Positions 10,819-20,688 of a DNA stretch of 64,000 bases are shown here, in pieces. The notes under the pieces were generated by a model. The model saw only the letters and a list, made by a program, of their open reading frames with translations, was not told the DNA's origin and ran no database searches. A program made the position numbers and the translations under genes. The stretch covers positions 288,001-352,000 of the forward strand of contig CAVPLU010000004.1 in NCBI GenBank assembly GCA_963706285.1. Reading direction: 5' to 3'. This stretch comes from Candidatus Bathyarchaeota archaeon (lineage in GTDB: Archaea > Thermoproteota > Bathyarchaeia > 40CM-2-53-6). Positions within the stretch are counted from its first letter, which is position 1. Every line of letters starts with the position of its first letter.

Positions 10819-11063
10819 AACTAGACTGATGTCTTGAATTCTTGTCCGTGTAGTTCTCATAGTGTGCACAAATCAACAAACTACGGTCCAGAATACGGTA
10901 ACTCTCACGATAGCTCTGGTCCATTAAGTTGGGTAGAGACCATTTGATGGAAGCATGTAACCCGTCCTTCTCGAAGACAGCGCTTGAGGATACTGAAGAG
11001 AGTCGGTGGCAAAGCTCGCTAGAAAACGGACCTGAGGGGATCTCCTAGACCCTTTTTCGCTAT

Positions 11064-11297
11064 CTACTGTTTTGGCTTGAATGGCCAGCATCTTCTGGAG
11101 TGCAGATAGTAGATTTCCAGAACGCCCGCCAGGTTGATGAAGGTGAATATTATGAACCATGCTTTTTCCCCGTTCTTGGCTGAGAACCAGAGACCGATGA
11201 TCTTCCAAAACGACGACCAGATGGCCAGAGGAATCAATATGGCGATCAACGATAGTAGACTCGTCGGAAAGATCTGAAGAGGAGCCGCATACAACAC
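11064..11297 (-). CDS. Small membrane protein (DUF5652-like)
   Basis: WK.IGLW.SAKNGEKAWFI...INLAGVLEIYY. Confidence 0.75.
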   Translation of the reverse strand: MLYAAPLQIFPTSLLSLIAILIPLAIWSSFWKIIGLWFSAKNGEKAWFIIFTFINLAGVLEIYYLHSRRCWPFKPKQ

Positions 11298-11443
11298 TTC
11301 AACGCCCTCACGAAGAGTCTATGATCAATTCTGACTTGTAAGGCGTTCTCTATCGTCCCGTGCGCAGCCACGCATATGGTACCGGCTTCGTTGCGGCTAC
11401 ACTAGGCAACATTCGCAAGTCAACACTTCACTGAACACCTGAG

Positions 11444-11989
11444 CTAGTGAATCCTGACTCCCCGTCCAGGACCCGATTTCTGTGGCACGTCTATTCCGAT
11501 GTTCTCTGCTAGGCGCCGGACTTCGTCTTCGTCGAGCCACATCACCTTCAAGTATTCAAAAATCTCATCGTCAGACATCCCGAGCCGGCGTGCTTCTTTC
11601 ACTGCGTGTCTATATGCATCCAGCTCGGTCGGGCGCTCAAAATACTCGTAGCTTTCGTCGAAAAGCTGTTTTCCTTCCCTGAACTGTTTGACGTGAACTA
11701 GTTCGTGAATTACATCTAGATAGATGCTTCTTCGGTCTCCTTCCTTTAGGTAACTTGCGCTAACTATCAAGTGACCGTCTTCGTCACTTACCCCCATGTA
11801 GCCAATTCGAGCGCTGAAGAATTCCACCTTGAGCTCCGAAAGGACCTTGTCCGTCGTGTTCCCAAAGATCTCCCGAACCGCCGGAACCTTCTCGAATCCT
11901 TTGAAATAATCTAAGAAGTCGTACTTGACGATTGGGACCTCTCCTGGAACTACCACGTTAGGCAACTCGAACGAATCCTTCTTGGGCAT
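11444..11989 (-). CDS. Hypothetical zincin-like protein
   Basis: HELVH (HExxH) plus a downstream PTELDAY (ExxA) motif. Confidence 0.7.
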   Translation of the reverse strand: MPKKDSFELPNVVVPGEVPIVKYDFLDYFKGFEKVPAVREIFGNTTDKVLSELKVEFFSARIGYMGVSDEDGHLIVSASYLKEGDRRSIYLDVIHELVHVKQFREGKQLFDESYEYFERPTELDAYRHAVKEARRLGMSDDEIFEYLKVMWLDEDEVRRLAENIGIDVPQKSGPGRGVRIH

Positions 11990-12579
11990 CTGTTCATTTC
12001 AGCCTCGAATCTTAAGCAGTTGATCGCCATCTCTGATCGACTAGGCCTATAGACTCTTATTGATTTTCCCAGGTTTTCCCTTTCTATTCGATCCGCTAGC
12101 GGAATCCTGCGAAGTTGTTGAGTCTCTGCGATTTGGAGTTCAGATTTACCTCGCGATTCCTATGCCTTTCGGCTCATAGTGGCCGCCTCTAGACTTGAGC
12201 GGTCATGAGGATAAAGTAAGTTTTGGGCTAGCTGAGGTCTCTCGTCAAATGGGTCGTGTGAAAGAGCGTGCGCTTCTTCGTTTACTTGCCCTCTTCATTT
12301 GATAATACCCATCGACGCCTCTGTAGTAGTCTTCCATGATGATAAGGTGTCGTTAGGCAGGATTATTGCTGTGTGACTCACACGCGTCAACGTGAGTTAC
12401 ATAATCGTGCCTTGTGATTCCAGTATGTGACTAGTCTGCATTGTTTGTAGGGATCACTATCGGACAAGCCTTGGAGTCCAGCGCGGAGAAGTCTTAGGGG
12501 TCCTCCCCTCGCATCGTTAAACGAGTCAGTGCGTACATGTACACAGGAGGGTAGTAGCCTTTCTCAATATGCTCATGGC

Positions 12580-12852
12580 TCAAAGCGCGGGATTGATCGC
12601 TTCCATCGTGTCCTTGGATGACACGACCGGGACGATCTCGAAATCAACGAGATCATGCCACTGGATCACCCATTGCTGAAACTTCTTGGTGTCATCACAT
12701 TCCATGAGCTGGAAGCAACGATCGAAGTTTGCTTCGATCCAGCTAGCGACGTACTTCAGGCCATCTGGCATCATCCGTCCATGCTCTCGAGAGCGACGAT
12801 ACACAGCGAGAGCATCTTTGTTCTTGAACTTCTCAATCACCATGAAAAGCAT
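12580..12852 (-). CDS. DUF3303-family protein
   Basis: MLFMVIE...GRMMPDGLKYVASW...CFQLMECDD...W.DLVDFEIVPV. Confidence 0.85.
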   Translation of the reverse strand: MLFMVIEKFKNKDALAVYRRSREHGRMMPDGLKYVASWIEANFDRCFQLMECDDTKKFQQWVIQWHDLVDFEIVPVVSSKDTMEAINPAL

Positions 12853-13078
12853 AACATTTCCCTTCTGTCGTATTCACTTGTATCTATATTGCGTTTCTTG
12901 TCGGCGCATCTTCCTACTTTCTGTAACCCTCCTAGTTCGTTCAATCATAGTTGACCTATGATGGTGGGTCTGTGTTTGAGCAGAACCGGATCTCTTTCGA
13001 AGTTCGATTCCTGACGACAGCTAGAAATGCTCCGACAAGGACCGCGCCATAGGAGACAAGCGCAAGACGATTGTTCGA

Positions 13079-13669
13079 CTAGACATACAAGCCAACGAAG
13101 ACGATGATCGTTATCACGGTTGAGACGACTGCTCCAGCCAATGCTTGCGAGATCGTGTGAGCGCCCAACTTGACCCTGGCCCAAAACATTACAATCGTAA
13201 ACAGATAGACAACCAACATCCCCCTTCCGAGCACCAACCAAAATGCGGTGGCCATACCTGCAATCGCCGCGACGTGGGCGCTGATCTTCCACGCAAAAGT
13301 GATCAGCATCATTGCGGCCCCGACGCAGAGATATGCCACCGAAAGCACGAACATGATCTCATTGCTAGTCGCCCAAAAGACCGTCGCACCCACTGCATAA
13401 GCGAAGACACTGATGACATAGATGGAACTGCGTTTGTTCTTGTCCGATATGTCTAGATCGGTTCGTCCGGTTCTCACGCTGTAGGCAACCGGAATCAATG
13501 GCCCAATGCACAGAATTAGAATACCAAACAACGCCGAAAGTCCAGGACTCGTAACAGGTCCAACTCCGTTAGGAGAGAACCAGGAGAAGACAATCGATTC
13601 GATCGCGGCAATGCTGAATGGAGTCAGAACCGCAGAATAGACCTCAGCCGCTCGCCTATCAGACTTCAT
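13079..13669 (-). CDS. PAP2-superfamily membrane protein
   Basis: WKISAH and WARVKLGAHT..Q motifs; start uncertain. Confidence 0.75.
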   Translation of the reverse strand: MKSDRRAAEVYSAVLTPFSIAAIESIVFSWFSPNGVGPVTSPGLSALFGILILCIGPLIPVAYSVRTGRTDLDISDKNKRSSIYVISVFAYAVGATVFWATSNEIMFVLSVAYLCVGAAMMLITFAWKISAHVAAIAGMATAFWLVLGRGMLVVYLFTIVMFWARVKLGAHTISQALAGAVVSTVITIIVFVGLYV

Positions 13670-13982
13670 GGTAACGTTTCCTTCGGTCGCTCTCTTGCTG
13701 ATTATGCGCATCCTCTCGATAGTGCGACTGTCTCTCTCCGCGCAGACCATAAGGCTCGCACAAGAACGTTGCGACGATCAGGTAATCTCACAGATCTTGT
13801 GGGGGCGACTATTTCATGGCAGATAATCAGGGATCTCAATGATCGTGTGCGAGTCTGTCAGTTGAGGTTACAGCTGTTGCCAGTCTGACTCGACCGATTG
13901 ACCAGTGTTTACCTGAAGAGTTCGTTTGTAGAGGTCTAATCCCCTGAATGGATGCGTCGCAGAGGTATCGTAGCCATGCCGT

Positions 13983-15446
13983 CTAGGAAGCAGTTGTCCG
14001 AGCCTTGATTTCGTGTCCTCGCAGGGTCGAAACAAACATTCCGACTACTGTAATGACTGCTGCAACAAGGAATGCTCGTCCCATGCCGGTCACGAAACCG
14101 ATCGATTCGTTTGGGGTGAGTGTGGTATATCCGCCGCTGATAATACCGGAGACAACTTGGTACGGGATAGCTGTGGTAATTATGTATGCTACGAGACCGA
14201 TGCTTACCACATTTCCCGTATTGAATAGAGTTGCCCTGACAGCTGATGCGACGCCGCGCCGTTGAGCGGGGACGGATCCCATGATGGAGCTCATGTTTGG
14301 CGACACAAAGAGCCCCAGTCCCACCCCGACTACTATGAGAATGATCTCGATCTGGACTAACGGAGTTGTAGTGGTCATTAGAAATGCGAGAGCAACGTAA
14401 CCGATGGTGCCCACTCCCATTCCCAAAGTGGCAAACACGCGTGTGCCGTATCGGTCAGAAAGTCTACCGCTTATGGGACCTGTACCCACGAAGGCCAAGT
14501 CTAACGGGAGGAAGAGAAGCCCAGCTGTGAGCGGGTCATAACCACGAATGAGTTGGAAGTAAAGAATTACTATCAGGCTTAGAGACCCAAAACCAAGCGA
14601 ATACAAGAGTTGAGTAAGGTTTCCGGCTGAGAAAAGGCGTATCTTGAAAAGCCGCATATCGAGGAGCGGCTCAGATTTTCGTGGCTCGTAGTAGAGGAAC
14701 AATGCAAAAGTTACCAAACTGATCGAGTACAGTATTACGGATTCGGTGTTGTCGATTGCCGCCATTGTTGCGAGGCTTATTGCCAGTAGAAGCGATGTCA
14801 GAGAGGTCGTGAATAAGCAGAGCCCCACGTAATCGAGCCCTGCATGCTTCTCCGTCTGGGTAGCCTCACGAAGACGAAGGTGGGCCCATAGGGTGCCAAA
14901 GATTCCAATGGGAAGGTTTATCGCAAAAATATATCGCCACCCGGCAGCGACGATCAGGGTTCCACCTACTGTCAATCCAAGAACTGCACCCAGTACGAAC
15001 GCGATCTGATTGAACCCAAGGGCAAAGCCAAGCTCCGCGAGTGGTGTCGCATCAGTGACCAGTGCAATACTATTAGCAATCAGCATCGCACCTCCAAGTC
15101 CTTGAATAACCCGGAAGATCACAAGCTGCCATCCTGTTTGCGAAAGAACACATAACCCAGAACCCAGTGTGAAGACTGCGAAGCCGAGATTGTAGACCTT
15201 CACCCTGCCAAAAATGTCGCTAAATCGTCCCAGAAACAGCAGACCAATCGTTATCGCAATCTGGTAGCCTTGAGTCACCCATAGCAGTGTCTCAAGGTCT
15301 GCGCGAAGCGATTCCGCGATCGTTGGAAGCCCAATCAGAACTATACGCGTGTCCAGGCCGGCCATGAAAACGCCGACCGTCGTTACTGAAAGGACGACCC
15401 AGCGATACTGCACCGTAAACGACACAAACTGGCCAAACCAGTTCAC
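13983..15446 (-). CDS. DHA2-type 14-TM MFS transporter
   Basis: GRFSDIFGR, RVIQGLGGA, GWRYIFAINLPIG and EPLLD motifs. Confidence 0.93.
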   Translation of the reverse strand: MNWFGQFVSFTVQYRWVVLSVTTVGVFMAGLDTRIVLIGLPTIAESLRADLETLLWVTQGYQIAITIGLLFLGRFSDIFGRVKVYNLGFAVFTLGSGLCVLSQTGWQLVIFRVIQGLGGAMLIANSIALVTDATPLAELGFALGFNQIAFVLGAVLGLTVGGTLIVAAGWRYIFAINLPIGIFGTLWAHLRLREATQTEKHAGLDYVGLCLFTTSLTSLLLAISLATMAAIDNTESVILYSISLVTFALFLYYEPRKSEPLLDMRLFKIRLFSAGNLTQLLYSLGFGSLSLIVILYFQLIRGYDPLTAGLLFLPLDLAFVGTGPISGRLSDRYGTRVFATLGMGVGTIGYVALAFLMTTTTPLVQIEIILIVVGVGLGLFVSPNMSSIMGSVPAQRRGVASAVRATLFNTGNVVSIGLVAYIITTAIPYQVVSGIISGGYTTLTPNESIGFVTGMGRAFLVAAVITVVGMFVSTLRGHEIKARTTAS

Positions 15447-15527
15447 TGCAACAAATAGTTATCGAAGTTTTTTCTTTCCCTACTACATGAGCTGATGTAT
15501 GATCTACTCTTCAACTGGTTGACGCTT

Positions 15528-16319
15528 TCATTTCAGTCTGGCGAGGTCGGCATGTTGGCGCCAGAAACCGTAACCGGCGCTGACGCATCCGAAGAATAGT
15601 AGGAGATCCATCGGGTGCCCATCATAGTAAAGGCCTGTAACGCTTAGAATGGCGTAGACCAAATCGCCGATGGCTAGAAGCGCGGCCCCAAGCGCCATGA
15701 ATGCGAATGGCTTTTCGAAGATGCCTGCCCTGAATGCAATGAAGAGGGCTAGGGTCAAGAGAACGAATGCCACGTCCAGTGTTGGGTATAGGGCTGTCAC
15801 GAACGCCTCGATCGGACTGTAAAGATCGCTTACAGAGGCGGGGATAAGAAAGACAATGATGAGCATGTACAAGGCGAAGCCTACCGAGGCCACAGTCAAC
15901 CATCCCGCCGTTCTGATCTCTCGGCCGAAGAGTCGAAGCATCCCCATTGCGCCGACAATCCAGGCCGGATACGAAAGGAGGTAGAAAACGTCAGCGATCG
16001 AAATATACGGCAGTCCAGTTCCCGCAACGAAGTACGCGTATGTGTAGATTGACAAGCCCAACGCCCAGGTCAGAAGACCCAGCGCATACCCAAGGGAGAT
16101 GTTGGCCATCTTCGAACGTCCCAACTTCAGATAAGTGCCGATGCCGACCAACGAAGCGGTTCCCATGTATGCTATCAATCCCCAATTAGCAAACAATGCT
16201 AACCCCTCAGTTCCTTGTGCGAATGCGTAGACCGCCACTGATACCATGCAAGCCGCAACAGCCAGGTATTCTCCGCCACGCATCCGGTTCAATTCACTCA
16301 CCTCGGGGTAATTCGGCAC
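15528..16319 (-). CDS. Stand-alone multi-TM sensor-like membrane protein
   Basis: SIADVFYLLSYP, LYPTLDV and IGDLVY motifs as in membrane input domains of signalling proteins; no cytoplasmic output domain. Confidence 0.65.
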   Translation of the reverse strand: MPNYPEVSELNRMRGGEYLAVAACMVSVAVYAFAQGTEGLALFANWGLIAYMGTASLVGIGTYLKLGRSKMANISLGYALGLLTWALGLSIYTYAYFVAGTGLPYISIADVFYLLSYPAWIVGAMGMLRLFGREIRTAGWLTVASVGFALYMLIIVFLIPASVSDLYSPIEAFVTALYPTLDVAFVLLTLALFIAFRAGIFEKPFAFMALGAALLAIGDLVYAILSVTGLYYDGHPMDLLLFFGCVSAGYGFWRQHADLARLK

Positions 16320-16774
16320 TTCATCAAGTTCTTACGCTCGTCGTAGGTGACTTGTTCAATCTTGAACTCCTTGCCAAGAAGCTCACTGAATACGCCGCAC
16401 CAGTACGAGAAGAGAAGAGACTTGGCGGCGCCAGTAGTCCGTTTCACGCATGGGTTTAGAATCTCTAGATCGATAGGCCCAGGAAGACTTTCAGGCAATG
16501 TCACGCTTACTGCACCAACGCCTGAAAGGGTCTCCGCATCAGCTGACATATTGACTATTTCCTGGATCGGTGCCCCGGGCATCTTCTCACGCATGTTTAC
16601 CACATCGGCTTTTCCTTGGCGAGACTCGTGCTGATTCATCACGACTTCGGCAACCTTGGGTCCCAATATGAGATCGAGGTTGTTGCAGAGCCCTTGCACA
16701 TCAACGGCTGTGTGACGCTGCCCCATTATGTGCAGTTCGCCTTTCGCCTTGTCCCAAAGAGGCCTCTCGTTCAA
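16298..16774 (-). CDS. V4R-like domain protein
   Basis: GELHIMGQRH..., G.G helix and SYWCGVFSELLG pattern; overlaps the downstream gene. Confidence 0.6.
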   Translation of the reverse strand: MNERPLWDKAKGELHIMGQRHTAVDVQGLCNNLDLILGPKVAEVVMNQHESRQGKADVVNMREKMPGAPIQEIVNMSADAETLSGVGAVSVTLPESLPGPIDLEILNPCVKRTTGAAKSLLFSYWCGVFSELLGKEFKIEQVTYDERKNLMKCRITPR

Positions 16775-17025
16775 TCGTAGGCCAACTCTCCTGCCACTTG
16801 CTTCAATTCAGCCTTAAGCATGGCGTGATGCATGAGAGCAAACTTGTGAATCTTGTTCGATTCAAGATGCCATATTGAGCTGGAAAAGATCACAGGCAGC
16901 GCACGCGCATCGTCAGATAGGTTCGTCCATCCGTCTAATGTTGAGAATAGAAGAGGTTCTTGGTCCCGGCTTTTCTGTAGCTTAAATTAGCAATCAGCGG
17001 GTAACTGTGGCGAGTTCGATCTAGC

Positions 17026-18075
17026 ATGCGCGTAATCGACCTGAGAAGCGACACGGTAACGCTTCCCACAGAGGAGATGCTTGAAGCGATCAGGACCGCC
17101 GAACTCGGCGACGATGTCTACGGAGAAGACCCAACCGTCAACCGTCTTGAAGAACTTGCGGCCAAAAAGATGGGCAAGGAAGCGGCTCTTTTGGTGACGA
17201 GCGGAACGCAGGCCAACTTGGTCAGTGTGATGAGTCAGACTAAACGAGGAGACGAGATTGTTCTGGAGGCTGAGGCTCACCTGTACTACTATGAGGTCGG
17301 CGCATTTTCGGCACTTGGCGGACTCGTACCACGCCTCGTTGCGGGGCACATGGGCGTCATGACTCCGCAGGAGATCGAGGCTGCGCTTAGACCGCCAAAT
17401 ATTCACTTTCCCCCGACGAGCCTGATCTGTGTCGAGAACACTCACAACCGCGCCGGAGGCACCGTTTGGTCACCATCTCAGATGAGGGCGGTCTATGATT
17501 TCGCGAAGACACGTGGCTTGAATATTCACTTGGACGGCGCGAGGATATTCAACGCCGCCATTGCACAGAATACCGATGTGCGCGAGTTTACGCGCTACGT
17601 GGACTCATTGATGTTCTGCCTCTCCAAAGGCCTGAGCGCTCCGATTGGATCGCTTGTAGTGGGAAGTCGAGAATTTGTCGACCGCGCGAGACGAATCCGC
17701 AAAATGCTCGGCGGAGGCATGAGACAGGCTGGCATAATCGCGGCTGCTGGAATAGTCGCGATTGAGAAGATGGTTGACCGTCTCAAAGACGATCATGAAA
17801 ACGCGAAGCTCCTTGCGAAGGGGCTCTCGAAGATCGACGGAATAACGCTCGACCTTGACCGTGTTCAAACAAACATCGTCTTCTACGATGTCAACAGCCT
17901 GCAAATCGGCGCGAATGAATGGGTCGCCAGAATTGGCGAATTAGGTGTGAAAGCGGGCGCGGTGGACGGCAGACGTGTCAGGATGGTTACCCATAGAGGC
18001 ATCGAAAAAGAAGACATTGAATACTCTCTAGAAGTGGCTGAGAAAGTTGCGAGAGAGATAAGGAAGAAACGATAG
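17026..18075 (+). CDS. ltaE: Low-specificity L-threonine aldolase
   Basis: DLRSDTVT, GDDVYGEDPT, ENTHN, HLDGARIFNA and CLSKGL (PLP Lys) motifs. Confidence 0.95.
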   Translation: MRVIDLRSDTVTLPTEEMLEAIRTAELGDDVYGEDPTVNRLEELAAKKMGKEAALLVTSGTQANLVSVMSQTKRGDEIVLEAEAHLYYYEVGAFSALGGLVPRLVAGHMGVMTPQEIEAALRPPNIHFPPTSLICVENTHNRAGGTVWSPSQMRAVYDFAKTRGLNIHLDGARIFNAAIAQNTDVREFTRYVDSLMFCLSKGLSAPIGSLVVGSREFVDRARRIRKMLGGGMRQAGIIAAAGIVAIEKMVDRLKDDHENAKLLAKGLSKIDGITLDLDRVQTNIVFYDVNSLQIGANEWVARIGELGVKAGAVDGRRVRMVTHRGIEKEDIEYSLEVAEKVAREIRKKR

Positions 18076-18097
18076 CGAAAGCATTCGGTTAACGTTT

Positions 18098-19948
18098 CTA
18101 GTCTGGGATGGCGGCGTGTGTAGTCACTAGAGAATCCGGCAGTACTTCTTTGAACCAGTCAGGGATGAACCGCCAACACTTGCTGGCAAGTCTCTGGAAG
18201 CTTCCATCGACAATGTAGAATCGTGCCCTATCATCCTCCGCTCTTACAGCTCGGCCGTAGGCTTGAATGACTTCCAGCATGGCTTGATTGCTGTACCATT
18301 GCTGGCGCCCTATATCGAGCCGTCTCTTGACTCGCTTGTCACCCAAGTCGGGGAATGGTACTTTGAGGAGGATCTGTGCGTCGCACACGTCATACTTCCA
18401 GTCTTGCCCCTCGTTGAAGGCAACTGAAACGAATACTTTACCGTGCGACTCCATCCATTCCCTCAGCCTCTCCTCGCGATCTCTTCTACCGTGGATGATC
18501 AATCTCTCTTTGAGATCTTCAGGCAGGTTGTCGAACAAAGTTCTCTGATGGTCGTAGCTGTGGCAATGTATCGCTACATTGCCTCTCTCCTCTCTCAGTA
18601 TCTCCTCCACGGCCCGAATCGCTTTGGGCATGTTCTTCTCCCACCCAACCCTAGAGAGTGGGCCCACTGTCCGATCAATCACAGGACGATTCTCCTCAGG
18701 GAATGTGCTTGGGATTTGAGGAAGAACGGAGATCTCGTCTTCTTTAAGCGCGTCCAACAATCCGGTCAACTCAACGTACTCCTTCGGATTCAATATCGTG
18801 GCCGATGAGATGATGAAGTGTTCAGCGCGTTTCCATAACAGCTCCTTCATGAACTCTCTCGCGAAGAGCGGCTGCACTAATAGTTGATCGCCCTTGACCT
18901 GCCATACCCACTCTGATTTCGATGATTTGTAAAGTTGGTATGCTTCGAGGTATCGTCCAATCCGTTCCAAATCCTCCGCCTGAATGACTGAGAGCCCTGT
19001 GTTCTCAGCGATCTTACGTGCCTGCTCGAGCTGAGCCTTTAGACTCAACTCGATGGTTTCTAACAGTTCGCTAAGTTGCTTCTCGTTCTTGACTTGTCGC
19101 AGATGCGGAACAACCTTGCCATAGACTTCGTGCGGGATCGTGAATGGCGTCACATTCACAGACACGTGATTGAGGCATTCTTCTTCGATGTTGTGAGCTT
19201 CATCAAGCACAAGTAGCGTTCTCGTTCCAAGGTAGCTTTCACTGTGACCTTCCGTCTGGCCTTCAGCTACTAGGTAAGCGAAACTCAGCAGCACGCTTGG
19301 AGACTTGATGGCCTTTGCTTTCTGTTTCCAGTATGGGCATGTTTCGAAACGTTCTTTGCACTCGTAGCCTTCAGTCACGCATCTGCCAAGGTTGACTCCC
19401 ATCTGTGAAACATGATAGCATGCGTAATTTCTGCGCCCCTTGATCTCGACAAATCTGTCTCTCAGAGATGGGTCTCTAAGCATTTGATCTATCAGCGCCA
19501 GTTGAGGGGTTGCATAGAATGAACGCGTGACGGATGTGAACGAAGAGTTCACGTACGATTTGCCGAAACCGGTTGGAGCTGTAAGAATCACGCACTTCTT
19601 TCCAGAGTTGAATGCTTCAACGATGCGTTCCACGGTCTTCTTCTGATACGGTCGCAGTGAACTGCTTGGGAAGCGTTTGAGGACCTCACGAGTCGTCAGC
19701 TCCTTCGGTTGCATCATGGGGTTCATGAGACGATTTCGAGTGACTTGCCTCGGCTCTTGGGAAGTTCTCTCTCTGAAGATTCGTCGTCTTGGAGTTAGCA
19801 CATACTCGGATTGCTCGATGTGGAATTGGCAATGCAGCTGATCACAGTTTGCGCAACCACGAGCTCCAACACGAAATGTGGCAGGCCAGCCATTCGTCTC
19901 AGCGTACTCGCAACGTATCAGGTCAGGCTCTTCGATAATACTGGGCAT
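18098..19948 (-). CDS. XPD/DinG-family Fe-S helicase
   Basis: APTGFGKS, DEAH, SAT and QAYGRAVR motifs; four Fe-S Cys ending in CPY. Confidence 0.9.
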   Translation of the reverse strand: MPSIIEEPDLIRCEYAETNGWPATFRVGARGCANCDQLHCQFHIEQSEYVLTPRRRIFRERTSQEPRQVTRNRLMNPMMQPKELTTREVLKRFPSSSLRPYQKKTVERIVEAFNSGKKCVILTAPTGFGKSYVNSSFTSVTRSFYATPQLALIDQMLRDPSLRDRFVEIKGRRNYACYHVSQMGVNLGRCVTEGYECKERFETCPYWKQKAKAIKSPSVLLSFAYLVAEGQTEGHSESYLGTRTLLVLDEAHNIEEECLNHVSVNVTPFTIPHEVYGKVVPHLRQVKNEKQLSELLETIELSLKAQLEQARKIAENTGLSVIQAEDLERIGRYLEAYQLYKSSKSEWVWQVKGDQLLVQPLFAREFMKELLWKRAEHFIISSATILNPKEYVELTGLLDALKEDEISVLPQIPSTFPEENRPVIDRTVGPLSRVGWEKNMPKAIRAVEEILREERGNVAIHCHSYDHQRTLFDNLPEDLKERLIIHGRRDREERLREWMESHGKVFVSVAFNEGQDWKYDVCDAQILLKVPFPDLGDKRVKRRLDIGRQQWYSNQAMLEVIQAYGRAVRAEDDRARFYIVDGSFQRLASKCWRFIPDWFKEVLPDSLVTTHAAIPD

Positions 19949-20129
19949 GTTGAAGCGTCTCCAACAGATCGCTTTCTAGGACTAATATGTTTCGAACAAT
20001 CCTCACGAATGAGTAGACCAGTCCTTTCTTGCAGTCGTTGCGGATATTGAGAGTCGTTTGGTGAATCCTGAGAATCTACGTCATTCTAAATACAGTGCCT
20101 TTGGCTTGTGTTAAGCAGGGTAACAGACA

Positions 20130-20636
20130 ATGGTCAAGAAAGCGATGTTCATGGAAGGACAGATTCCGAAAGGCGGCGTCTGCATTTCCAGCTTCATCGT
20201 CGCCGAAAAGGATGGAGCGATTCTGGCCGGGAAGATGAGTAATCCTGAGATCTGGGTGGAAAGATTCCTAGTGGGTAGCGCTTTTGCGCCCAAGTACGCG
20301 GCTTCAGGAAAGTGGATGCTGCCAGCGTCGCACCTGAAGTTCGGCGAATCCCCTGACGAATCAGCCCATAGAATCATGCGAGACCAACTGCTCGTTGAAG
20401 TGCAAGATCTCAAACTTGCAGGAATCCAATCGCATCTTTCAGGAGAACCTACAGATCTTGAGAATAATCACTGGGATTTGTGTCTCATCTATAAGGCAAC
20501 GATCCCCGAGCCTTCAAGCGTGCCCAAATGGTTTTCCGAACTTCGATACATTCCAGTCAAGAATCTGAACCCAAGTGATTTCACGCGTGGTCACGGAGAC
20601 ATCCTAGAACGGCTAGGGCTCATAGGGAACCAATGA
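20130..20636 (+). CDS. NUDIX hydrolase
   Basis: WMLPASHLKFGESPDESAHR (variant Nudix box). Confidence 0.75.
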   Translation: MVKKAMFMEGQIPKGGVCISSFIVAEKDGAILAGKMSNPEIWVERFLVGSAFAPKYAASGKWMLPASHLKFGESPDESAHRIMRDQLLVEVQDLKLAGIQSHLSGEPTDLENNHWDLCLIYKATIPEPSSVPKWFSELRYIPVKNLNPSDFTRGHGDILERLGLIGNQ

Positions 20637-20688
20637 AATAATCGATCACAAATCAACATATCCACGGTCGTCAAAAAACAACCGACTG

